64,000 nucleotides of DNA from an uncultured Planctomycetota bacterium (lineage in GTDB: Bacteria; Planctomycetota; Planctomycetia; Isosphaerales; Isosphaeraceae), in NCBI GenBank assembly GCA_963737655.1, contig CAVTTN010000002.1, positions 4,064,001-4,128,000 on the forward strand, given 5' to 3'. Under the pieces are notes generated by a model. The model did no database searches, had not been told where the DNA came from, and saw nothing but the letters and a program-made list of their open reading frames with translations. The translations under genes were made by a program, and so were the position numbers. Below, piece after piece: positions 39,811-48,945 of this stretch; within the stretch, counting starts at the first letter, position 1; each line of letters starts with the position of its first letter.

Positions 39811-40578
39811 TTACTCCAGCAGGTGTAACGCCCGGACCTGGGCCAAGGCCGTCTGCGGCATCACGATGCGGTGTACGAGGGGACGGAGGCCGATGCGGAC
39901 CGCCGCCCGGTATGCCCCAAGCGAGTGCCGAAGCCAGCGGCAGCGATCCAGGCCCAGCAGCTTTCGAACGTGGTCCGGCACCAGGATGCTCTGGACCCGG
40001 AGCAGGGCCTCATACCGCCACCGCCCGAGGTGCGAGCGATACCGACCGTAGAGTTCGGCGGTCAGGTCGGAGTTGGCGAGGTCTTGCTCCATGTGCCGCA
40101 GCCGGTCCTCACGCCAGGCGTGATAGGAGCCGGGCAGGTCGGGGATCGCCAGGCTCTCGCCCACCCGGAGGAACACGTCGTAGAGTTCTTCCCTCTGGGG
40201 GTCGGTCAGGGGGCGATGCAGCAGTTCATAGGCCCGCTCCGAGTAGTCGATCAGCATGTAGAGTACGTCCCGGTGAGCCCAGGCGGGGATCGTTTGGCCC
40301 CGGCTCTGCTCGACGGCCTTGTGGGCGGCCCGGATTCCGGCGAGTGTTCGCCGTGCGGTGTCTTCGTCGTCGAAGGCGATGTCCTGGGCGAAGCGGGCGG
40401 TGGAGAAGAGACGCCCCAGGGGGTCGTCGGGCAGCTTGCCCGTGTAGAAGAGCCAATCGACGGCCCGGTTCAGGGCAAACTCGGCGGCGGACCCGGCGAA
40501 GGCGAACAGGATCGTGTCGGGATCGCCCCAGATCGACCGGACGATCGAGCCTGGGGCCACGAAGGGTCGCATCTCCAC
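39811..40578 (-). CDS. Oxygenase MpaB/DUF2236 family protein
   Basis: FVAPGSIVRSIWGDPD..LFAFAG...DPLGRLFST...IRAAHKAVE. Confidence 0.8.
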   Translation of the reverse strand: MEMRPFVAPGSIVRSIWGDPDTILFAFAGSAAEFALNRAVDWLFYTGKLPDDPLGRLFSTARFAQDIAFDDEDTARRTLAGIRAAHKAVEQSRGQTIPAWAHRDVLYMLIDYSERAYELLHRPLTDPQREELYDVFLRVGESLAIPDLPGSYHAWREDRLRHMEQDLANSDLTAELYGRYRSHLGRWRYEALLRVQSILVPDHVRKLLGLDRCRWLRHSLGAYRAAVRIGLRPLVHRIVMPQTALAQVRALHLLE

Positions 40579-40683
40579 CCCACTGGTCCGGGGAGCCGGT
40601 CACGTCGGTCGTCCCGGATCGCTCGGGACGCATTGATTTCCATTGTGTCCCGTTCAGTCCGCCAACGTCCACATCGTCCCCGT

Positions 40684-41133
40684 TCACGGGGTTCGACGTA
40701 CAGGCTTCCAGCCGAGGGCGGGATGCACGGTCCCGCAACTCGGCCCGCCGTCCCTCCCCGTCCCCGGCAGCCTCGCTTCGAGGACAAGCTCCGGGTCGGC
40801 CGAGACCCGATCGATCATCTCCGGCGTGATGCCGCCCAGTGGCACCTTGAGCCTACGCTCCAAGCCGATGTCCACCTGGCCTGCAAGTCGTCCGATGTCG
40901 ATGTAGAGGAACCGACCGTCTGGAGGCCCCTGGGTCATCGGGCCGAGGAAGTTCGGCAGGCCGTCGCCACGATTGTCCTTCACCGTCACCGTGCCGTCGA
41001 AGCGAAGGTCATCCCCGTGCGACCTCTGCGTCTGAACCGTTCGGTAGTCGGCCCCTTTGCCTTCTTGCAGGCCGAGATCCACGCCAGCGGGCAGGCCTTG
41101 CAGGACGATGCGGAGCCTCAATTGGACTTCCAT
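40684..41133 (-). CDS. DUF5990-like protein
   Basis: LRLRIVL...GLQEGKG...FLGPMTQGPPDGRFLYI...RRLKVPL...GGPSCGTV. Confidence 0.75.
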   Translation of the reverse strand: MEVQLRLRIVLQGLPAGVDLGLQEGKGADYRTVQTQRSHGDDLRFDGTVTVKDNRGDGLPNFLGPMTQGPPDGRFLYIDIGRLAGQVDIGLERRLKVPLGGITPEMIDRVSADPELVLEARLPGTGRDGGPSCGTVHPALGWKPVRRTP

Positions 41134-41409
41134 CGGCGACTCCCCTTCTTGATTCATCGGCCTGGTCTTCCTCATGGTGCGACGGCCCCGCCTCGACGAG
41201 TTCCCGTTCGATCGCACGAATGGTGCTGTCCCGAGGCGTTCGACCGACTCCCGATCGGTCATCTGCTCCGTGGAGAGGGCTTCGCCATCCCCTTCTCCAA
41301 TTCGTCGAGCCGATGCGAGGCACGGGGCCTTCTGCGGCGAGGAGCAGGGCGACCGCATCATCCAGGGCTTTCCGCTCGGGCGACTCCGGGGCGAGCGACT
41401 TGCGTAGTT

Positions 41410-41873
41410 GGTAGATCCTCAGCGGGAGCGGCAGGTCGGCCGCTCGATAGGCGAAAGGCTCGTCGGGGAACTTGCGTCGGTCGTCCTGGATCGCCTCCAG
41501 TTAGCGGTAGCCATGCTCACGGGTCGGCTCGATGCAGGTGCCCTCGCCGAAGTCGTTCCAGGAGGCGATCTGGACGATCCGGCTCCCCGACGCCAAAGCC
41601 CGTTCCAGGGTGTGCCGGAAGGTCTCGCCGTTGCGGGCGTCGAGGTAGCCGTGCGAGGGTTGCGTGCCCGCCTCCTTGTAGATGTCGCGGAAGCCGGGGA
41701 AGGCGCAGCCGACCTTCAGGCCGTCCTGCTTCCCGAGGCGGTCGAGGTAGGCGTCGAGTTCCCTGAGATCGAGCTTGCCGTCCTTCGACGCCCACATCGG
41801 GGGCCAGGCGAAGCTGCCGATCGCAGGGGCTCGCCGCTCGTGAAGGGTCAGGAACGCCGGGGCCTGTTTCATC
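41410..41873 (-). pseudogene. GH71/99-like glycoside hydrolase C-terminal fragment cut by IS3
   Basis: AFPGFRDIY...NGETFRHTLERA...VQIASWNDFGEGTCIEP; internal stop at 41501; 3' boundary approximate. Confidence 0.7.
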
Positions 41874-41902
41874 TGACCTGCCCCCGAATTCTGGTCCAGG
41901 GG

Positions 41903-42796
41903 TTATGAGAGTGCGGGGTTAGGGATCGTCACGGCATCGGCCGGGGGGAGCGGAGCGACCCCCGGCTTGATCTGGGCCGCTGCGTACTCCGCCGGGGTCC
42001 GATTCCCCAGCGAGCTATGCGGCCTCCGGTGGTTGTAGTCCAGGCGATGATCTTCGAGGATCATCTTCGCCTCCTTCAGCGTCTCGAACGTCTCTCGGTC
42101 CAGCAGCTCGTCCCTCAGCCGGCTGTTGAACGTCTCGCTGTAGGCGTTCTCCCACGGGCTCCCCGGGGCGATGTACAAGGTCTTCGCCCCACGGCCGGCC
42201 AGCCAGCCCCTCGCCGCCTCGGCGATGAACTCCGGCCCGTTATCGCCGCGGATGAACTCCGGCTCGCCCCGGACCTCGAACAGGGACTCCAGGGTAGATA
42301 CCACATCCTTCGCCGCCAGGTGCCGCTCGAGCTCGATCGTCAGGCATTCCCTCGTGTACTCATCGACGATCGGCAGCATCTTCAGGCCCCTCCCGTCGGC
42401 GGTCTGGTCGTGGATGAAGTCGTAGCTCCAGACGTGGTCGGGTCGCTCGGATCGCCGACGGGCGCAGCCGTTCTCGCTCTGCCCCAGACGGCGACGTTTC
42501 CTCCGGATCTGCGGCACCTTGAGGCCTCCTCGACGCCAGAGCCGATGCACCCGCTTGAGGTTGACCGACCACCCCTGCCGCACGAGCAGGGCCTTGATCC
42601 GACGGTAACCGTAGCGGGGGTTCCCTCGGGCCAACTCCCTGATCCGCAACAACAACTCTCCCTCTGGTCCTCGTTCGGTCCCGATGTACCGCCGGGTCGA
42701 TCGGGGCACGCCCAGGGCCCGACAAGCCCGACGCTCGGAGATCTTGAACGAGGCCATCGCACGGGCGACGGCCTCCCGCCTCCGGGTCGGGCTCAC
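41903..42796 (-). CDS. IS3 transposase OrfB (DDE), -1 frameshift from OrfA
   Basis: YGYRRI, WSYDF, DEYTRECL, DNGPEF, PGSPWENAYSETFN, YNHRRPHSSL; GGGAAAC slippery site at the OrfA/B overlap. Confidence 0.93.
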   Translation of the reverse strand: MSPTRRREAVARAMASFKISERRACRALGVPRSTRRYIGTERGPEGELLLRIRELARGNPRYGYRRIKALLVRQGWSVNLKRVHRLWRRGGLKVPQIRRKRRRLGQSENGCARRRSERPDHVWSYDFIHDQTADGRGLKMLPIVDEYTRECLTIELERHLAAKDVVSTLESLFEVRGEPEFIRGDNGPEFIAEAARGWLAGRGAKTLYIAPGSPWENAYSETFNSRLRDELLDRETFETLKEAKMILEDHRLDYNHRRPHSSLGNRTPAEYAAAQIKPGVAPLPPADAVTIPNPALS

Positions 42797-43071
42797 GAGT
42801 TTCCCCGGGCGGCCTCCTTGAGGATCGCCTTGTCCAGGGCCAGGTCGGCCACCAGGGCCTTGAGCCGGGCGTTCTCCTTCTCCAGCTCCTTGAGGCGTTT
42901 CATCTCGTCGGATTTGATGCCGCCGAACTGGCTCCGCCAGCGGTAGTAGGTGTTCTCGGCGATGCCCAGGGCCTTGCAGATCTCGGGGACGGCGACTCCC
43001 TTGGCCAACTCGTCGTCGGCCTCGCGGAGCTTGCGGATGATCTGCTCGGGCGAGTGGCGGATGCGCTTCAT
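42793..43071 (-). CDS. IS3 transposase OrfA
   Basis: HSPEQIIRKLREA...TYYRWRSQFGG...RLKELEKENARLK. Confidence 0.95.
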   Translation of the reverse strand: MKRIRHSPEQIIRKLREADDELAKGVAVPEICKALGIAENTYYRWRSQFGGIKSDEMKRLKELEKENARLKALVADLALDKAILKEAARGNS

Positions 43072-43143
43072 GGTGAGTCCTCCTGCCCTGGCGGGCGAGA
43101 ATGGCTCTCATACCAGATGGACCAACCCAGGGGGAGCAGGCCA

Positions 43144-43419
43144 GAAGCTCCCGGCCCCAAGCCGCTCGACGAGGATGTAGTCCTGGCCCGGAACTTTCTG
43201 GCCCGGCTCGAACCCCAGCAGGCTGCCCGCCCGTCGCTCGTCGTCGAGGTTCCAGGCGAGGATGGTTCCGATCTTCCGAAGATTCCCGATCCGCCGACCC
43301 AATTCGGAGAGGAGTTCGGAAGGCCCCTCGGGGCACAACTCCTCCGGCGTGAGGTCACGCCCGGATTCGTACTCATCCTCCCACCGATCGAGGAGTTCTT
43401 CGATGAGGTCGTCGGACAT
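43144..43419 (-). pseudogene. Ser/Thr kinase N-terminal stub truncated by IS3
   Basis: MSDDLIEELLDRWE...TPEELCPE...DYILVERLGAGSF, ending at the IS end within the Gly-rich loop. Confidence 0.8.
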
Positions 43420-43935
43420 CTTTCGCCTGCTAGGGGGATCAGCCCGGAGTCATTCGATGCCCGTCCACCGAGGGCTTGGAATGAGGTTCATTCCTCATGC
43501 GACGAGCCAAAGCATCGGCTCTAAGTTCGAGATGATCACAGCAGGGCCGAGCCCCCTCCAACAAGGGGTGACCCGCACGACCAACGCTTACAAGATTTGG
43601 GAAAGGTCGGTTCGGGTTCAGGCAGATGAGGATTATGAGGGGGGCATCCCACGATCCACGGTTGGAGACGGTCCTGAACGGCCCCTTCATCCTGGACATT
43701 GAGCCGCTCACCTACCGGACGAACCTAACCCGGTCTCATACCTTGTCTGACGCTTCCACGGGCGGTTCTTGACCGAAGCCAGCCCCGTCAACGAGGGCGT
43801 GGTCGGGTTTCGCCCTTGGCGGGATAAGCCGGAACTCCGCCAATAGTAGGGTAGGAATCGACGCAGCCATCCCAGACCTTTCCGGTCGGGAATCCGGTTG
43901 CGTCCCCTGGCGGACCCGATGAGGAGGGGAGAGGC

Positions 43936-44673
43936 GTGGTGAACGATTCGAGCCCAACAGTTACGGCATCAGCCAGGAGGCCCAAGCGAGTCCCGCCCCG
44001 GACCGACCTGGATCATTTCGCCGAATTCGTCGATCGGGCCGGTGGCAGCTCCGGTGCCGATGCATTCTCGGTTTTTGCCTTCGACGGCGAGGAAGAGCGG
44101 CATTACAGGCCGCACGAGGGGATCACGGAGGAAGTGTTCGAGAGGCTGGGCCGGGAAGAGTGGGAGAGGGAGGAGTTGGCTCGGGCCGTCGTCGAGAACT
44201 TGCTGTGTCAACGCAGCCACAAGGTCCGGGTGGTCCGATCCGTGCTGGAGGACCACCCGAAGGCAAGCCTGCCGGAGATGGTCGAGGAGCGGGGGTTCGC
44301 CGCAGTGGGCGACGAGATGGAGCGGGCCATGCGAGCAGCCCGAGTGTCGGCGAGGGAACCCGAGAGGGGTCCGACACCACCTTCCCCATCGGCCCTCACG
44401 ATGCTGTTCGATCGGATGACCGCCCTCGAAGCCAAGGTGGCCACGACGGCAACGTCCCTTCATTCGACATCCAGACCCGAGAACACCGCCCAGTACGCAT
44501 CGCCCTACCTCGACACCCGGAAGGCTGCTGCCTACCTGGGAGTTAGCCTGGGCAGCCTCTACGGGATCGTGGAGCGGGGGCAGATTCGCCCCCTCCGTGG
44601 CCCCCGGAGGAGATACCGCTTCACGGCGGCGATGCTGGACGAATACCTGGGTCGGAAGGGGGGCGGACGTTGA
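43936..44673 (+). CDS. Excisionase-like protein (C-terminal HTH_17)
   Basis: PYLDTRKAAAYLGVSLGSLYGIVERGQI...RYRFTAAMLDEYL; overlaps the integrase start. Confidence 0.8.
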   Translation: MVNDSSPTVTASARRPKRVPPRTDLDHFAEFVDRAGGSSGADAFSVFAFDGEEERHYRPHEGITEEVFERLGREEWEREELARAVVENLLCQRSHKVRVVRSVLEDHPKASLPEMVEERGFAAVGDEMERAMRAARVSAREPERGPTPPSPSALTMLFDRMTALEAKVATTATSLHSTSRPENTAQYASPYLDTRKAAAYLGVSLGSLYGIVERGQIRPLRGPRRRYRFTAAMLDEYLGRKGGGR

Positions 44674-45881
44674 ACGGCGAGGTCTTCGTGCTGGACGACG
44701 GTCGGAGGGTGCGATTCTCGCTCAAAAAGCGGGACCGTGACCCCTGCTACCTCGTGAGTTTCAAGGGGCCTGATGGCGGGCGGAAGGAGCTTTCCACCAA
44801 GGAGGCCAACAACCGTCGGGCGGTGGATGCCTCGGTCCTGCTGATCAGGACGGCGTTCATGCCGAAGGGCGACCCCCCGAAGAACCCGTCCTGGGACGAG
44901 GCCATCGGGGTGATGATCCCCCAGATGAAGTCCGATGGGCTTCGCCCCACCACCATCGACCAGTATCTCCTCGTGATCAAGTCGTTGCGACGGACCTTCC
45001 CGGATGCCCACGGCCCGGCTGGGATCACCCCGAGCATGGCGAGTCGCTACAAGGCCCTGCGGCGTGAGAAGGGGATGCGAGACCGTCCCTTCACCGTCCG
45101 AACCGTCCAGGGGAATCTCGACAACTTGAATATCATCTACAACAAGTGGTGGATCGGCGAGTGCAAGATCTTGACCGACAATCCCTTCGCCGACGTGTCG
45201 CAGATGAAGGCCGACAGGCAGAGCCCACGGGTGCTGCTCCCCCAGGAAGTGAACAGCTTCCTCGACTGGTTGTCGAAGCGGTGGGGCGGCTGGCGGCTAC
45301 CGATTCTGTTCCTCGAAACCAAGGGACTGGTCGGATGCCGGATCATGGAGCTTGCGTCGGCGTCGAGGAACGACCTGCGGGATGGGAGGCTCTATTTTGC
45401 CGCCGAGACGACCAAGGGTCGCAAGGAGCGGGGGGTCAAGCTGCCCGCTGCGATCTACGCCGAGCTTCAATCGCTGGCCGGGCCGATGTTCGTATGGGAG
45501 GCGTTCCCTGCGCAGCTACGGAGAGCATTCCAGGAGCGGGGATGGCTGCGGGCGGAACTAATCGAACCCGACTTCAGGCCGAACCGGCTGAAGAAGTGGA
45601 TGCAGCGGGAGAAGCGGACGTATCTGAAGCTCAACCCCTCGGCCAAGAAGTTCAAGCTGCACAACCTCCGTGGCACGGCCATGACGAAGGCGAAGGTGGT
45701 GGGGATTAGCTACGAGGACGCCGCAGTCGCCTTCGGCTGCAACCCCGAGACGATGCGGAAGCATTACGTCGCCTTGGACGAGACTGCGGTGTCCGATCGG
45801 GTGATGGACGCCATCCAGGGAGCAGGTCCGCCGATCGGGGATCGTGAATCCGAGGGGGCGTCGGGATTGCCCGACCCATGA
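44670..45881 (+). CDS. Tyrosine recombinase/integrase
   Basis: GCRIMEL, TKGRKER, KLHNLRGT, TMRKHY; adjacent to the tRNA-Gln 3' end. Confidence 0.9.
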   Translation: MNGEVFVLDDGRRVRFSLKKRDRDPCYLVSFKGPDGGRKELSTKEANNRRAVDASVLLIRTAFMPKGDPPKNPSWDEAIGVMIPQMKSDGLRPTTIDQYLLVIKSLRRTFPDAHGPAGITPSMASRYKALRREKGMRDRPFTVRTVQGNLDNLNIIYNKWWIGECKILTDNPFADVSQMKADRQSPRVLLPQEVNSFLDWLSKRWGGWRLPILFLETKGLVGCRIMELASASRNDLRDGRLYFAAETTKGRKERGVKLPAAIYAELQSLAGPMFVWEAFPAQLRRAFQERGWLRAELIEPDFRPNRLKKWMQREKRTYLKLNPSAKKFKLHNLRGTAMTKAKVVGISYEDAAVAFGCNPETMRKHYVALDETAVSDRVMDAIQGAGPPIGDRESEGASGLPDP

Positions 45882-45977
45882 GGTTTGCCCTCGAAGATGG
45901 CCCGAGGTTTCGGCGAGATGAAAAACGGAGTAGGGACGAATGTGGGGAGATTTGAGGGAGATGGCCCCGAGGAAGCG

Positions 45978-46014
45978 AAAAACCCCGCCGCAACTCGTTG
46001 CTGGGGCGGGGTTT
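45978..46014 (-). terminator. Intrinsic terminator after tRNA-Gln
   Basis: Minus strand AAACCCCGCC...GGCGGGGTTTTT. Confidence 0.7.
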
Positions 46015-46020
46015 GCGTAG

Positions 46021-46091
46021 CTGGGGATCTAGGATTCGAACCTAGACTAAGTGATCCAGAGTCACTCGTGCTACCGTTACACCAATCCCCA
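46021..46091 (-). tRNA. tRNA-Gln (CTG)
   Basis: TGGGGAT/ATCCCCA acceptor stem, AGTGA-CTCTGGA-TCACT anticodon arm, GGTTCGAATCC; CCA not encoded. Confidence 0.96.
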
Positions 46092-46280
46092 CCGCGAGAC
46101 TTCCCAATCGGAAGGTCGATCGTACTACCCCGCCTCCGTCTTGGCAAGGCGGATCGACCGAGCAATCGGAATCCAGGGACCGAGAGGGCCGAGCCCGTCG
46201 TCCGGCCAATGAGGGAACCAGCCGCTCCCGGTCGAGCGATGGATTCCCCAAGTCCTTAGCTTTCCAGGAATTCCATCCAA

Positions 46281-46352
46281 AGGCGCCGCCCGGATTCGAA
46301 CCGGGGAATAACGGATTTGCAATCCGCTGCCTTACCACTTGGCTACGGCGCC
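46281..46352 (-). tRNA. tRNA-Cys (GCA)
   Basis: GGCGCCGTAGCCAAGTGGTAAGGCAGCGGATTGCAAATCCG...GGTTCGAATCCGGGCGGCGCCT. Confidence 0.96.
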
Positions 46353-46575
46353 CGCGTTTTCCTATGGTAGCGGGCAGGTCAAGCCGAGGCAAGTCCGTCC
46401 GCCCTCCCGCTTGCGGGCCGATTCGTTCTCGGGGGAGAGGGCCTCGGGGGCGATTTCTTGGGTGGCCGGGTTCCGCATCCGGAACCCGTGAGGATCCACT
46501 CATCGGGTCCGAAGACGGAACCCTTGCCTCCCGAAAACCTTCGGGAAACGGCCCTGACTGCCGCTCGTCCTCGCC

Positions 46576-48756
46576 CTAGACCTTCTTGATTGCGACGAGT
46601 TTCTTCCCGACAAACCGATAGTACGTACCCGAGGGCGGGTTCGGATGGGCGTCGAACTGCTTGGCCGGGAAGATCAGCGAGTGACGACGCGTGCCGAAGT
46701 TCGCCGTCCCGGCGTACAGCAGGTCGTTGCCCGCGCTCTTGATGAACTTGACCCGTCCCTGCCGGCCGATCAGGACGTCGTGGTTGACGCCTCCCTGGAG
46801 CGTGTTCGTGCCGAACCAGCCGTGCTCGCGGGTCGTCCCGCCTCCGGCCTGCAAGACGTTCTCGCCGTGGCCGTGGCCGCCGTCGAGCGTCGTCGGGATC
46901 GTCACCGCGGAACTCACCGAGATGTTGTCGCCGTTCTTCGAGCCGTATACGACGATCCGATCCACTCCCGAGGCGGCCGGAGCCGTGGCGTCCACCTGGC
47001 CGTTGACCGTGACCTGGAGGTTGCCGTTGACCTGGTCCACCGAGATCACGTTCTTGGTCTTGTCGCCCGGGGCTTTGGGGACCGGCGTCACGACGAGGAC
47101 CGTGCCGATCATCCGGACGGCCCCGGTGTTGGCTCCGTTCACGGTGATGGTCTCGGTCGCCGGGGTGCTCGAAAGATTCGGCGTCGGAGCGCCCACGTCG
47201 GTCACGCTGAAGTTCAGGGAGTCGGTGCCGAGGTAGTTCGGGTTGGGCGTGTACGTGAACGTCCCGGTCGCGGCATTGAAGTTCGAGATCGTCCCGTGCT
47301 GAGGCTGGCTCAGCAGGGTGTAGGTGAGCGTCTGCCCGGACTGGGGATTGGCGTTGTTGCCCTGGAGCTGGACGGTGGTGGGCTGATTGGCCTGGGCGGT
47401 GGCCGTCCCGGAGACGGCGATCGGCGCGAGGTTCACCACGGCCCCGTTGGTGACGGTCAGGGTGATGGCCTGCGTGTCGTAATTGTTGATATTTTCGATC
47501 GTCTGGCCGGTGCCGGTCCCCGATCGGTTCACCTGGTCCCGGACGCCGACCAGGAGGTTGATCACGCCGGTGAACCCCGAGTTCGGCGTGACGGTCACGA
47601 CGCCGTTGGCATCGACCGAGGCCGTGGCGTTGGAGACCGAGGTGAAGGTGGGGTTGGTGGCGTCGGTGCTCACGCCTCCGCCGACCATGTACGTGACCTG
47701 GTCTCCGGGGGTGGGGATCACGGTGGGGAGCGCGAAGACGTCGGTCTGGCCCGCGCCGACGACCTGGTTCTGCACCGTCCCGAGGAACGGCCGTTCGGTG
47801 ATCGGCTGGCCGGAGGTGTCGTTGTTGGCGACGACGGCGGCCTGGAAGGTCTGGGACGTGGTGGCGCCCGAGGGGTCGGTGGCTGTCACGGTGATGTTCG
47901 CGGTCTGGCCGGCGGACGTGCCGACCGCGCTGAGGTGGATGACCCCGTTGGGATTGGTCGTGGAGAGCGTGGTCGAGTTCATCAGGATCGGGTTGACCGG
48001 CGTGGTCCCGTCGCTGCCTCGGGCCACCTGGGTCATGTCGGTCAGGATGTCGAACCCGGAGACCAGCTGGCCGAAGATGGTCTTGTTGAAGTCGAGGAAG
48101 CGGGGCATCCCGGTGGTGATGTAGAACTGGGAGTCGTTGGTGTCGTTGCCGGCGTTGGCCATGGCGAGCTGGCCGGTGCCGTCGTAGACGAGCTGCTGGT
48201 TATACTCGTCCTGGAACGGGAAGCCGGGCTGGTTCAGGCTTCCCGAGCCGTTGCCGGACTGCGAGCCGCCCTGGACGATGAAATCGTTGGCGCCGGGGAA
48301 CCCGCTGGCGACCCGGTGGAAGTTCTTGTCGGGGAGCGAGGGTGAACCCGACGTGGGCGAGGTGTAGAAGCCCTGCTGGACGAGTTCCTCGATGTGGGCC
48401 GCCGTGATCGGCGTGAGGTCCTCGAAGAGCTGGAAGGTCATGGACCCGGTGAAGGCCGGGTCGCTGGCCCCGCTGGACGTGTGGGTCACGTTGATCGTCA
48501 AGAACTGGCCTTGAGCGACCGAGGCCTGAACGGCCGGGTTGCTCGAGGTCACGGAGAACGTTTGATTGGCACCGGCCCCGCCATTCAGGGGGACCTGATA
48601 GCCGAGGTTCGCCGGGACCGAGACATTGGCGATCGGGGCGAGCGTGGCCATCAGGGCGCGGCCCTCCAGGGCCTCGACCCCCGGCCGACGGGCCCGGCGA
48701 TGGGCGTGCCGCGCGTCCCCGGAACGGCCCATTCCCTCCCGCGTGCGGTCAGACAT
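46576..48756 (-). CDS. Cyclophilin-type peptidyl-prolyl isomerase with Ig/cadherin-like domains
   Basis: VEALEGRALMA N-terminal motif; FHRV...IVQGG...LAMANAG..TNDSQFYIT...TIFGQLVSG; PQHGT..FTYTP. Confidence 0.9.
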   Translation of the reverse strand: MSDRTREGMGRSGDARHAHRRARRPGVEALEGRALMATLAPIANVSVPANLGYQVPLNGGAGANQTFSVTSSNPAVQASVAQGQFLTINVTHTSSGASDPAFTGSMTFQLFEDLTPITAAHIEELVQQGFYTSPTSGSPSLPDKNFHRVASGFPGANDFIVQGGSQSGNGSGSLNQPGFPFQDEYNQQLVYDGTGQLAMANAGNDTNDSQFYITTGMPRFLDFNKTIFGQLVSGFDILTDMTQVARGSDGTTPVNPILMNSTTLSTTNPNGVIHLSAVGTSAGQTANITVTATDPSGATTSQTFQAAVVANNDTSGQPITERPFLGTVQNQVVGAGQTDVFALPTVIPTPGDQVTYMVGGGVSTDATNPTFTSVSNATASVDANGVVTVTPNSGFTGVINLLVGVRDQVNRSGTGTGQTIENINNYDTQAITLTVTNGAVVNLAPIAVSGTATAQANQPTTVQLQGNNANPQSGQTLTYTLLSQPQHGTISNFNAATGTFTYTPNPNYLGTDSLNFSVTDVGAPTPNLSSTPATETITVNGANTGAVRMIGTVLVVTPVPKAPGDKTKNVISVDQVNGNLQVTVNGQVDATAPAASGVDRIVVYGSKNGDNISVSSAVTIPTTLDGGHGHGENVLQAGGGTTREHGWFGTNTLQGGVNHDVLIGRQGRVKFIKSAGNDLLYAGTANFGTRRHSLIFPAKQFDAHPNPPSGTYYRFVGKKLVAIKKV

Positions 48757-48945
48757 CCATCACCTCCGGCGACTCGTCCCCTCCCGACCGCGACGCGGGA
48801 TGGCCCCTCGTGCGGTCACGATCCTCCAGGAGTATCGGCCGTGACGGTCGGGGGGCTTGAATCGGGGCGTCCGAAAATGCCGACGGCGACGGAGGATTTC
48901 CCCCGTCGCCGCCGGAACCGCGTTTCGTCTGGGCCTCAAACCCGG

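Larger units (their letters stand above)
41874..43143 (-). mobile_element. IS3-family insertion sequence
   Basis: TG...CA termini with imperfect IRs (TGACCTGCCCCC..TGGTCCA / TGGCCTGCTCCCC..TGGTCCA); flanks ATC and GAA do not form a TSD. Confidence 0.9.
1..46020. mobile_element. Degenerate integrated element/genomic island at tRNA-Gln (left end outside the window)
   Basis: Integrase + xis beside the tRNA 3' end, MGE genes, IS load, many pseudogenes, CGCG depletion that stops at the tRNA. Confidence 0.8.
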
